Shown here piece by piece: positions 39,923 to 48,016 of a stretch of 64,000 nucleotides of DNA. Position 1 is the first letter of the stretch, and the number at the start of each line of letters is the position of its first letter. This DNA is from Candidatus Nanohaloarchaea archaeon (GTDB lineage: Archaea; Nanohalarchaeota; Nanosalinia; Nanosalinales; Nanosalinaceae). The stretch lies in the NCBI GenBank assembly GCA_042218075.1, contig JBDGRK010000005.1:87693-151692 (forward strand), written 5' to 3'. Below the pieces are notes generated by a model. It was given only the letters and a program-made list of their open reading frames with translations. It was not told the DNA's origin and did not search any database. The position numbers and the translations under genes are program-made.

Positions 39923-39964
39923 GCAGAAAACCTCATACGAGAACGGCTCTGGAACCAAGCAACT

Positions 39965-40072
39965 CTATTTCCAGTTAAACTTGGTTCCTGTAAACTTCAG
40001 AAAGAACTTCTTGGATACTTCAGCAGCTGTCGGGATTGATACAGTAACCGAATTCAGGACAGCTGCTCGCAT
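39965..40072 (-). CDS. Putative 35-aa leader peptide
   Basis: MRAAVLNSVTVSIPTAAEVSKKFFLKFTGTKFNWK*, embedded in hairpins upstream of the DUF5794-like gene. Confidence 0.45.
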   Translation of the reverse strand: MRAAVLNSVTVSIPTAAEVSKKFFLKFTGTKFNWK

Positions 40073-40095
40073 ATTAATTTTCATTTAGCTAAAAT

Positions 40096-41061
40096 CTATT
40101 TAAAGTCTTTCTCGAGAAAAATTGGATCGCCTTCATCAAGAACCTTCTCACCGTCAAACCATACAGTGGGATCTTTACAGATAGCATCCCAGTGTAGATC
40201 ACACGGGTTTCTTTCCTTCCTACCTTCCTGAACGTAACTAGTGTTGTCCCCGAAGGCTATATGCACAGTGCCAAGCACCTTCTCATCCTGCAACACATTT
40301 CCTATCAAAGTTGCTTCAGGATTTGTTCCAAAACCAAATTCTGCAATCTTTTTTGAGCACGGCATTTGATTGAATTTCTGCTCCAGATTGGATTTCTTCT
40401 CATTTTCGTTCTCTATAGATACGACTACACCATCTTCTATCTCCACTTTCCTAGCTTCCGGAGAGAAAGGGAAATGATCTAAAAATAGAGTGCCACTTAT
40501 TCCCTCAGGATAACCGTTTGGTTCCCCATCAGGCAGATTGGAGCATTTACCCGGCTTCTTTATCATACCCTCGCTTTGATGATATGTTTCAATATCCACC
40601 CTGAAGCTGAGATCTGTTCCCGAAGGAGTTTCTATCCTTACTTTTTCTGTAACCTCCAGCAGTTCATAGACTTTTCGAGTAATCCTTGAAATTTCCCCGT
40701 AATCAGCCTGGAGAGATGAATTCCATATTTTTTTGGATATTTTCGGCATTGATGCCATTCTGGCCCCAGCCTCACAGGCTTTACCTGTTGCATCTGTATG
40801 GGTTAAAGACTTCAGAGTTGGAGCTATAATTACGTCAACCTCTCTCATCCTTTCCGCAACTCTCTCCGGAGGTTCCTCGCCTTGATTTCCCAGCTCCTCG
40901 TACTCCAGCAGCTCGTACTCAGCACCGTTATCTTCCAGTACTTCAAGTAGCGCGTCTATCAAATCCTGGTCGTTCCCATCGTTCAGGACAAGAACTTCTT
41001 CTTCCGGCTGTATCTTCAGGCACTGGTCAACTACAGTTTCGGCTCCCTCTATGAGAGACAT
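40096..41061 (-). CDS. Aminopeptidase (M29 / thermophilic metalloprotease-like)
   Basis: NLPDGE, IAEFGFGTN, DEKVLGTVHIAFG, HWD. Confidence 0.9.
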   Translation of the reverse strand: MSLIEGAETVVDQCLKIQPEEEVLVLNDGNDQDLIDALLEVLEDNGAEYELLEYEELGNQGEEPPERVAERMREVDVIIAPTLKSLTHTDATGKACEAGARMASMPKISKKIWNSSLQADYGEISRITRKVYELLEVTEKVRIETPSGTDLSFRVDIETYHQSEGMIKKPGKCSNLPDGEPNGYPEGISGTLFLDHFPFSPEARKVEIEDGVVVSIENENEKKSNLEQKFNQMPCSKKIAEFGFGTNPEATLIGNVLQDEKVLGTVHIAFGDNTSYVQEGRKERNPCDLHWDAICKDPTVWFDGEKVLDEGDPIFLEKDFK

Positions 41062-41092
41062 AAATACTGTTGAAGAAAACAGACTTTAATTC

Positions 41093-41290
41093 CTATCCCA
41101 GGGAAAAAGTTGCGCCTCGACCCTTCGTGTCGAAATCAAGCTTCCCCTCTCTGGCCAGCCATCCGATAGCCATGCAAACCTTGGAGCGAGGAGCATCAAC
41201 ATTTTTGTCAATCTGTCTCAGAGATGTCTCCCCCTCTTCATCCAGAAACCTCCAAACCTCTCCCGCGGTCTCGCCTATCTCATCGTACAT
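41093..41290 (-). CDS. Small winged-helix protein (DUF2582-like)
   Basis: IGETAGEVWRFL...MAIGWLAREGK. Confidence 0.85.
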   Translation of the reverse strand: MYDEIGETAGEVWRFLDEEGETSLRQIDKNVDAPRSKVCMAIGWLAREGKLDFDTKGRGATFSLG

Positions 41291-41448
41291 AAACCTTCCT
41301 TGGGGAATAATAACGCAGAGCTGTTTAAAAAACTAGCTAAAGCCTAGAAAACTGATCAATTTGTACTAACTCTCTATTCGATAAAAATTCAAAATATATT
41401 AAAGTAAGATCGATCCTTGAATAATTGTACTTAAGCTGCAACTTTGAA

Positions 41449-41709
41449 GCCTCGGTGGCTCAGCTTGGCTAGAGCGGTCCCCTCGTAAGGTTACGCTCTT
41501 CGCGAAACTCCTTCTGGAGTTTCTGTGAACGCACAAAATCGCCTCCAGCGATTTTGGAGTACATCGCAACAAGCCATGCGCGTTGCGCATCGCTTCTGGA
41601 TTCTTCAGGACTCGAGGCGGCAGCCGAGAGTGGAACCCGGTTGAACCAGAAGTGGAAGGGCTACCTCTTAGGTAGGGACAGATCCCGGGTTCAAATCCCG
41701 GCCGGGGCT
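41449..41709 (+). tRNA. tRNA-Thr(CGT) with a 186-nt intron (41488-41673)
   Basis: Acceptor GCCTCGG/CCGGGGC, D arm GCTC..GAGC, anticodon stem GTCCC/GGGAC with CT-CGT-A|A, T arm CCGGG-TTCAAAT-CCCGG; spliced length 75 nt. Confidence 0.9.
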
Positions 41710-41847
41710 TACCAAGGTTAATTTGGGAAGTCCCAAGCGTCCAAATAAGCACCGGTTACCGGCCGGGGGCTTAGCTTTGGCTTTTTCACCGCTTTTAGAG
41801 CCTGAAGTCTTAGAATTTTAATTTGAAACTCTGAGGATTTGAACCTG

Positions 41848-42399
41848 TCAACTACTTTTTATGCTGATTAAAATTGGAGAGCAATTCAAGGTATCTCTCA
41901 GATTTTCGATAGAATCCATAAACCTTGATTTTGGAATCTGTATCTCTCGTCCAGTCCAGGAATCATTCACAGTAAATTTGCCGTTTTGATAATCACTCAA
42001 AACCACCCAATGTGCAAAATGTGTATACATATCCAAATTCCATTTATCAAGTAAAACTATAGCGAAACCTGTTTCAACAGATTCTATGTAATTATCTGCT
42101 GATAATATTTCATGTTTAGGTTCAATGTTATTCTCCAGAGTTTCTGAAAGTTTTTGATATTTCCAGACAAGATAATCTGATTCTATGAAAACATTGACAC
42201 TATGCTCCTTCATTAGTTCACTAATCAAGTAAGGCTCGTAGCACTCTCTGTCAAATCTAAATGACCTCTCCATCAACTCAAGTTCTTTGTCCTTGTCAAA
42301 CTCAAAATCTTCATCGTAGTAAGATTTTATCATTCCGTAGCAATTCATGAAACAACCGAAAGGCGTAGCCTGTTCTAATGTATTTAATTCGTTTTCCAT
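41848..42399 (-). CDS. Peptidase C39-like protein
   Basis: EQATPFGC (Q..C), HWVVL, VNDSW papain-like triad. Confidence 0.75.
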   Translation of the reverse strand: MENELNTLEQATPFGCFMNCYGMIKSYYDEDFEFDKDKELELMERSFRFDRECYEPYLISELMKEHSVNVFIESDYLVWKYQKLSETLENNIEPKHEILSADNYIESVETGFAIVLLDKWNLDMYTHFAHWVVLSDYQNGKFTVNDSWTGREIQIPKSRFMDSIENLRDTLNCSPILISIKSS

Positions 42400-42549
42400 C
42401 TTTACAAGGAGCTTAAGTAACCTCAAATTTTTTCAATCTTACTAAAAATAAATTAAATCAATTAATTTATATTTTATAGCTAATTTCTAGCTTTACATAT
42501 TTTAGCCGCAAGGTATGAACTCTTAGGTCTTGTAGCTGAGAAAATATCT

Positions 42550-42867
42550 TTAAGCCGGCTGTCCTGTAATGCCTCTCATAGGTAGGTTAAGAGATGTTTC
42601 TTTTTCATCCCTTCTTAACGTGATAGTCACCATCATAGATTCTTCATCGTCCTTGACGACTATCTCTATATCCTCTATATTAGAGAGTTCTTCCTTAGTG
42701 AGAGGCAGTCTTTCACTAGCACCTATAACTTCAAGACCAAGAAAGTCGCCCTCCGAGTTAACATCTACCACAAAGTTTGCGATATCAATACTTCTCTCGT
42801 AATCATCGTAGTCTCCATACTCGAATACTGCAATATCATCTTTTTCATGGTATTCAAATCTTGTCAT
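42550..42867 (-). CDS. DUF2283-like protein (putative antitoxin)
   Basis: YHEKDDI...VVDVNSEGDFLGLEVIGAS. Confidence 0.8.
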   Translation of the reverse strand: MTRFEYHEKDDIAVFEYGDYDDYERSIDIANFVVDVNSEGDFLGLEVIGASERLPLTKEELSNIEDIEIVVKDDEESMMVTITLRRDEKETSLNLPMRGITGQPA

Positions 42868-42884
42868 AAAAGGCCTTCATTCTA

Positions 42885-43178
42885 TTATTTGTTCCATACG
42901 CTTTTAACATATATTTCATTTCCGTCCATATTGAAGTAGATAGGCATCTCGTAGAAACTGCCTTTAGAAGTCTCGATGGTTACTTTGTATGTTTTGTTAT
43001 ACCTCGGGTCTTCCTGGTCATTCGGGCGGACACTGTGAATATCTAAATCCTTTAGTTTCTGCTTTATCTGTTTCAAGTTGACATTTCTCTGTTTAACTCT
43101 TCTATGAGAATATGGAGCAATACGGACTTCACTATCAACCGTCTTTAATTCAGAAATTACCTCTTCAACTGAAACCAT
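42885..43178 (-). CDS. DUF4258/RelE-like putative toxin
   Basis: Small basic protein (HRRVKQRNV, YKV, IYVKSVW) directly upstream of DUF2283. Confidence 0.6.
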   Translation of the reverse strand: MVSVEEVISELKTVDSEVRIAPYSHRRVKQRNVNLKQIKQKLKDLDIHSVRPNDQEDPRYNKTYKVTIETSKGSFYEMPIYFNMDGNEIYVKSVWNK

Positions 43179-43271
43179 AAAGTAAAACTCTATTCTTTTG
43201 CTTAAATTAACTGACTAATCCTACTATTAGCCTTAAGGTATGAACTAAGAGTTCACCGACCGGCCGGGGCT

Positions 43272-44417
43272 TCATTCCTTTATCTCCGGTTTCTCGAGGT
43301 CTTTCCTGGTCAGTATCTTGACTGAGCCGGAGGTAGCTCTTCCTGTTTTCTCCATTCCAATAATGTAGGAAGCACCGGATTCTTCAACAGTTTCAATCTC
43401 TTCCACGTCTATTTCGCCGTCGAAAACTATCGACTCGCATTCCCCTATATTCCGAACCTGCTCAAAGTCGCTTCCTGGCATTCTATCCACCTCCTCAAGA
43501 TTCTCGTCCAGAACGCAGACTGCTCGAGTCCCGACCAGATCCTCCAGAATTTGGCTCATTCTTTCAAGTTTTTCATCCGCCATCTTTTCCTGCTCAACTT
43601 CCTTCTCCCTAACGAACTTCAAAGGCTGCTTGTCCCTGATGCATTCGAAGACCTTCTCCTTTCCAAGCTCCTCCACCTCTTTTTTATCAGGGGCTCTCGC
43701 GATGTATTCCACCGATGCTTTCTGCCTGAGCTCCTTAAGTATAAGTTCTCCCCCCCTGTCTCCGTCAAGGAATGCCGTTACAGTCTTCCCATCCGAAATC
43801 TCTTCTATATCCTCGGGTATCGAGGTGCCGCCTATAGCGACAGCATTCTTGATGCCGTAACTCATCAGGTTCAGCAGGTCGGCCTTGCCCTCCACCAGGA
43901 CAACTTCGTCCGATACCTCTGCTTCCGGTCCGGCCTGGAAGCCACGATACTCTGTAATCTCTGAGGTTCTCACCTCTCTCTTGACCTCATCAGTTATCCT
44001 GTTCTTCTCCGGTTTTTCGTCCTTTATATCCTTGAGAAGCTGCTTCGCCCTCTTGACTATAAAGTCTCTCTTCGATGTTCTCTGATCCTGTATTTCTTTA
44101 ACTTTAATATCCGCAGAGCTTGGTCCAACCCTCTCTATAGTCTCCAGGGATGCCGCTAGAAGAGCAGTCTCGGTAGAATCAAGTGAAGAAGGTATCTTTA
44201 TCTCCGCACTCGAGCTTCCCTCATCAACCTCAACCTGGACATCAATCCTTCCAACCCTGCCTTTCTCCTGTAGTTCCCTTAGATCGAGCTCTTCACCCAG
44301 CAGTCCTTCAGTCTGGCCGAAAATGGCTCCAACAATATCCGGCTTTTCAACAAGGCCTCCCGCCCTCATTTCGACCTTTATCACGTATTTTGCAGAGTTC
44401 TGGGCGACCTTTCCCAT
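43272..44417 (-). CDS. dnaG: Archaeal DnaG
   Basis: KPDIVGAIFGQTEGLLG, TOPRIM VEGKAD and FLDGDRGG, EVEEL. Confidence 0.95.
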   Translation of the reverse strand: MGKVAQNSAKYVIKVEMRAGGLVEKPDIVGAIFGQTEGLLGEELDLRELQEKGRVGRIDVQVEVDEGSSSAEIKIPSSLDSTETALLAASLETIERVGPSSADIKVKEIQDQRTSKRDFIVKRAKQLLKDIKDEKPEKNRITDEVKREVRTSEITEYRGFQAGPEAEVSDEVVLVEGKADLLNLMSYGIKNAVAIGGTSIPEDIEEISDGKTVTAFLDGDRGGELILKELRQKASVEYIARAPDKKEVEELGKEKVFECIRDKQPLKFVREKEVEQEKMADEKLERMSQILEDLVGTRAVCVLDENLEEVDRMPGSDFEQVRNIGECESIVFDGEIDVEEIETVEESGASYIIGMEKTGRATSGSVKILTRKDLEKPEIKE

Positions 44418-44662
44418 CAGAAATCCCCCAGTGCTTCCATGAATTCTTTTTCGTCAAGAGATGTTTTCAGCTTTTTCCTCCCTGACCTATGGCCGGAAAC
44501 GATAGCCGGTCTCTCATCCAGGATATTTTCTAGCCTGTTCAGGAGCTCTGAGTTTGCTCTACCGTTCTCTGGCTTATTTTCAAGGAAAATCTCCGGCATA
44601 CTGTTTAACTCTACATCAAATTCATCGGACCCTGGAACCACCTTGATGTAGATTTCACTCAT
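44417..44662 (-). CDS. DUF167 (YggU-like) protein
   Basis: KVVPGS, PENGRAN..L, IVSGHRSGRK. Confidence 0.85.
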   Translation of the reverse strand: MSEIYIKVVPGSDEFDVELNSMPEIFLENKPENGRANSELLNRLENILDERPAIVSGHRSGRKKLKTSLDEKEFMEALGDF

Positions 44663-44683
44663 TTGATCACCAGGAAAATAGGT

Positions 44684-44770
44684 TAATCTGGCTGCCCTGT
44701 AACACAGCCGATCATGCCGCCTACCCTCTCGGGGGCGAACTCACGGCCGCTGACCGCGGGACAGCCACGC
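44684..44770 (-). ncRNA. H/ACA box guide RNA, predicted target 23S rRNA helix 69 (U1915, E. coli numbering)
   Basis: Lower stem GGCUGUCC/GGGCAGCC followed by an AGA box; pocket GCGGUCA / GUUAC; upper stem GCGGCCG/CGGCUGU; K-turn-like UGA/AUGAU; GAGA tetraloop; TTTAAG promoter upstream. Confidence 0.8.
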
Positions 44771-44799
44771 ATACTAGTCCAACCCAAGGCTTAAAGTAT

Positions 44800-45535
44800 T
44801 CAGAAAATACCGTCCCATCTTCCGCTCCTGTACGAAGCAGTTTCAAATAATTCTTCAAAACCTCTGTCAGAATAAAACTCGGATAATCCCGGATCAGTCA
44901 CAATATATACTTCGTCCCTCCTTTCCAAAGCCTTTTCCAGTAGTCTGCGCATTATCTCTGTAGCAATTCCCCGCCCCCTGTACTCTTCAACGGTGGAAAG
45001 CGTATAGATGTAAGCGCCATCTGCCGAATCGTATTTCTCCAGCTGAAATAGACTGGCCGGAACTGTAACAGACAAGTCTCATGAAGTCCTCACCGAAAAC
45101 TCTCTCCGGCGGATCATGCAAGTTTATGTAGGATTCAGGTGCGTTAAAGGCCTTCTTTTTTACGCTCAGATAATCACCGATTTCCTGCTTTTCGATCCAG
45201 CGGAATTCTGCATCGAACTCCTGCTTCTTCGGCTTTCCTGCTTCAAACTTCATCCATGCCTCTTTCCTGACCCTGCTGGTATCAGGAAACCTTCTGGACC
45301 TGAAATTATCTATAAAATTCTTTTCGCCATGCAGAGAGGGAATATGTTCGATAAAATCCATATCACGAAGTCTGGATAAATCCGCATCCATGGATTCAGG
45401 ATAAACCTGGTTGTACTGTGCTCCAGAAAGATTGTCGCTCAAAAGCATCCTGAATTCTTCACCGACATAAACATGGTTAAGGGTGGTTTCCAGGTAACTC
45501 TCCCAGTGGTCAAGAATCAGTTTCCTCGAATCCAT
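44800..45535 (-). pseudogene. GNAT acetyltransferase split by a frameshift near 45025
   Basis: The N-terminal frame reads ...SAGEIRF; the acetyl-CoA motif TVEEYRGRGIA and FYSDRGF lie in a different frame. Confidence 0.7.
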
Positions 45536-45539
45536 ATCA

Positions 45540-46289
45540 TCACTGGAAAAACACTCCTTCCTCGGGTACAGGTTTGAAGGCCGCCTCCCTTGTCTTGGTC
45601 TGGACAGGTTCCTCGCCGTGGTACTTCCTGAGGTACTGGAGGTACTCTGTAGTCCTCTCCCTGGCGTACTCTCCATCGTACTCAACCATCTCCTCCGCCA
45701 CGTAAAGGTAGAAAGCCCACTTGAAAAGCAGGTTGAGAGGGTTGGCGATCAGGCGCGGAAGCCGCTCCACTCCCGATGGTATATCATACTTCAGCTCCGT
45801 CTTCACCAGGTATTCCACGAAACCAAAATTGTTCTCGCCGGAGGGAGGATTCTTGGTGGCTATCTCGCTTATAATCCTCATCTCTCCCCTTCCGCTCGGC
45901 AGTCCCTCACTTCTATGCAAAATCGACGCGAATTCGTTGCTGTCAATATCCTGCTCGTAGTACCTCTCGTCAGGTCTTCCCATCTTCATCTTCTTCTTGA
46001 AAATGTGGACTTGGTCCTCGTATATCTCCGGTATGTGCGGGCTCTCGTACCATTCAACCCTGTTCTGGATTTCAACCCAGTCTCCGTGGAATAGCTCGAA
46101 CTTGCTCCAGGGATCGTCCAGCTTTCCGAACCTTTCATCCATATCATCCGTATAGTAGCTCTTGCTAGTTCCAGGAGTGTGGAACCAGGGAACGATCCTC
46201 CTCCTGAAAAAGCCGGGCTCCGAGCCTTCATCGGAGCCGGAGAAGATTTCCAGGGCATCCAGAAAATCCAGTAGAGCCACGGCTTCCAT
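45540..46289 (-). CDS. Hypothetical protein, tandem paralogue 3
   Basis: Shares ERYYE, a beta-meander and a C-terminal (F/Y)xLY...E helix with its two neighbours. Confidence 0.75.
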   Translation of the reverse strand: MEAVALLDFLDALEIFSGSDEGSEPGFFRRRIVPWFHTPGTSKSYYTDDMDERFGKLDDPWSKFELFHGDWVEIQNRVEWYESPHIPEIYEDQVHIFKKKMKMGRPDERYYEQDIDSNEFASILHRSEGLPSGRGEMRIISEIATKNPPSGENNFGFVEYLVKTELKYDIPSGVERLPRLIANPLNLLFKWAFYLYVAEEMVEYDGEYARERTTEYLQYLRKYHGEEPVQTKTREAAFKPVPEEGVFFQ

Positions 46290-46292
46290 GAA

Positions 46293-46919
46293 CTATCCCC
46301 ATGGAGGCCGGTAGTGTGAGGAACCTGATCTGTGAACAGCCTCCTCCACACCGAATTTTTCTCTCATAAGGTTTGAAACATGGATCGCCATCTCTTCAGC
46401 CTCCTCCTCGTAGCGGTGGATCTCCTTCGAGTAGAACTTGTTGTACCAGATCCCAACCAGTATCTCGTACAGCTTCGACTTCTGGAACGCCGATCGATGT
46501 TCCTCCATCAATCCAGGTTTCTTCTCCCAGTTTTCCTCAGGCCTCTGCTTAAGGCCGTGCGGGAGCCAGGAAATAGGATCTCCCCCCGGAAATACAGTTA
46601 TGACCTTTGCTCTGACCTTCAGCTTGGCCTTGAGCATGTCATCCGGCCTCTCGAATGATTCCACGAATTTTACAGGCTTCGCATCAAAAGAAATGTAGAG
46701 CCTGATCACCGTGTGAGGGCTCTTTTCCTTGAAAGCCAGGTATCTAAGCCTGTCCTTTGGCTTGGTTGAGTAGAACTCCATCCTGTCCTGGGTCTCAATC
46801 CGATCCATGTCGAACTCTTCCACAAGTAAATCCTTCAGTCCCCGGAAAACCCTGGCAACGTCTTCCTCAACGAATATCATGTCCTCCCTTTCAATCACAG
46901 GTTCCGTGAACTTAACCAT
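46293..46919 (-). CDS. Hypothetical protein, tandem paralogue 2
   Basis: VEDVARVFRGLKDLL..EFDMD, KEKSPHT, VRAKVITVFP, WYNKFYSKEI. Confidence 0.8.
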   Translation of the reverse strand: MVKFTEPVIEREDMIFVEEDVARVFRGLKDLLVEEFDMDRIETQDRMEFYSTKPKDRLRYLAFKEKSPHTVIRLYISFDAKPVKFVESFERPDDMLKAKLKVRAKVITVFPGGDPISWLPHGLKQRPEENWEKKPGLMEEHRSAFQKSKLYEILVGIWYNKFYSKEIHRYEEEAEEMAIHVSNLMREKFGVEEAVHRSGSSHYRPPWG

Positions 46920-46922
46920 TTT

Positions 46923-47375
46923 CTACGCCTCCAGGTTCTGCCTTATCCTGTGCAGGAACTCCTCGGTTTTCTCCTCCACCGCTTTCTCCCACTTGGACCT
47001 GACCTCCCCGTACAGGAACTTCTCGTAGAGAGACCTGTAGGCATAGTACCACAGGTTCGCCTTCCAGCCAACAACAGGGTAGGAAGTAACCAGCTTCCCT
47101 TTAACCTGGATGTCCAGCTCCCTCGATTTACGGCTTATTACTATAAAAATCTCCAGCACCTCTTTCGTGTGCTTGTCGAACTCCTCCTCAGTTTCAATCT
47201 CCGATCGAATGTTACCTTCCTCTACATCGTTGTAGTAATTATTCTCCTGGACGTGATCGAAAGACATCCTTCTCTCAAGCAGATCACGGATCTCTGGATA
47301 GGCTGAATCCGGGTCTTCAACCCTTATGGTCTGCCTCCTTCTAACCACTTCCTCATTGATGTTCATCTCAGACAT
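46923..47375 (-). CDS. Hypothetical protein, tandem paralogue 1
   Basis: VEDPDSAYPEIRDLL..MSFD, EEFDKHT, VKGKLVTSYP, LYEKFLYGEV. Confidence 0.8.
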   Translation of the reverse strand: MSEMNINEEVVRRRQTIRVEDPDSAYPEIRDLLERRMSFDHVQENNYYNDVEEGNIRSEIETEEEFDKHTKEVLEIFIVISRKSRELDIQVKGKLVTSYPVVGWKANLWYYAYRSLYEKFLYGEVRSKWEKAVEEKTEEFLHRIRQNLEA

Positions 47376-47412
47376 GCAGAATAATTTGTGAGGGCGATAA
47401 AAAAGAGGTAGG

Positions 47413-47946
47413 TCACATCCTGCATTCCGAACAGACCAGGGAACCGCCATCCTCCCTCAGATCTTCAGAGTAGTTGCCGCATTCCTCGCAAACACCGGTT
47501 GAAGAGCGCTGCCTGGGAGCTGCCTCGGCATCAAGCTCTCTTTCCTCTCCGATTATCTCCGCGAAGCCAGGCCACGCACGTATAATGTCAGACTGTGTGA
47601 GAATTCCCACTAGCATGTCGTCCCGGACAACAGGTACTCTCGAAATGTTGTTTTTGACCATCGCCATGGCAATATCGTCAAGCACCTCGTTCTCCTCCGC
47701 AACTATCAAATCCGTGGACATCACATCTTCTACAGTCTTCCCGGAGGGGTTTTCGCCGTTCGCGACTACCTCGTAGACTATATCCCTGCAGACTATCACT
47801 CCGACAGCCTCACCGTTATCAACAACTACTAGCCCCCTTATTTCCTCCTCGCTCAACAGGTTGGCTGCCTCCACTATAGACTTGTCTTTTTCAATTGCGA
47901 TGACGCCATCAGTCATGACCTCACTCACAGGTACTTCTTCTTTCAT
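47413..47946 (-). CDS. CBS-pair protein with C-terminal Zn ribbon
   Basis: Two CBS domains; CEECG...CSEC. Confidence 0.9.
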   Translation of the reverse strand: MKEEVPVSEVMTDGVIAIEKDKSIVEAANLLSEEEIRGLVVVDNGEAVGVIVCRDIVYEVVANGENPSGKTVEDVMSTDLIVAEENEVLDDIAMAMVKNNISRVPVVRDDMLVGILTQSDIIRAWPGFAEIIGEERELDAEAAPRQRSSTGVCEECGNYSEDLREDGGSLVCSECRM

Positions 47947-48016
47947 GGGACTAAAACCCGGATCAATTACTAAATAAGCTGGGGTTTTTCCCCATAATAT
48001 AACGGCGTTATACATA

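Larger units (their letters stand above)
41698..43272. mobile_element. Small tRNA-anchored islet bounded by repeats of the tRNA 3' end (att-like); no integrase
   Basis: CCGGCCGGGGCTT at 41698-41710 and 43260-43272, with a degenerate copy at ~41759-41772; AT-rich cargo. Confidence 0.65.

Noticed and set aside
41488-41673. Group I intron or C/D guide identity for the tRNA intron
   Set aside because: No splice register gives both a 5'-exon U and a terminal G; no clear P7 elements; no RUGAUGA/CUGA boxes.
41399-41752. 117-aa minus-strand ORF over the tRNA
   Set aside because: Antisense to the tRNA and its intron, atypical composition.
44690-44766. 5S rRNA or simple terminator
   Set aside because: Too short and lacks the 5S CCGAAC loop; the pocket, K-turn-like motif and ANA box fit H/ACA better.
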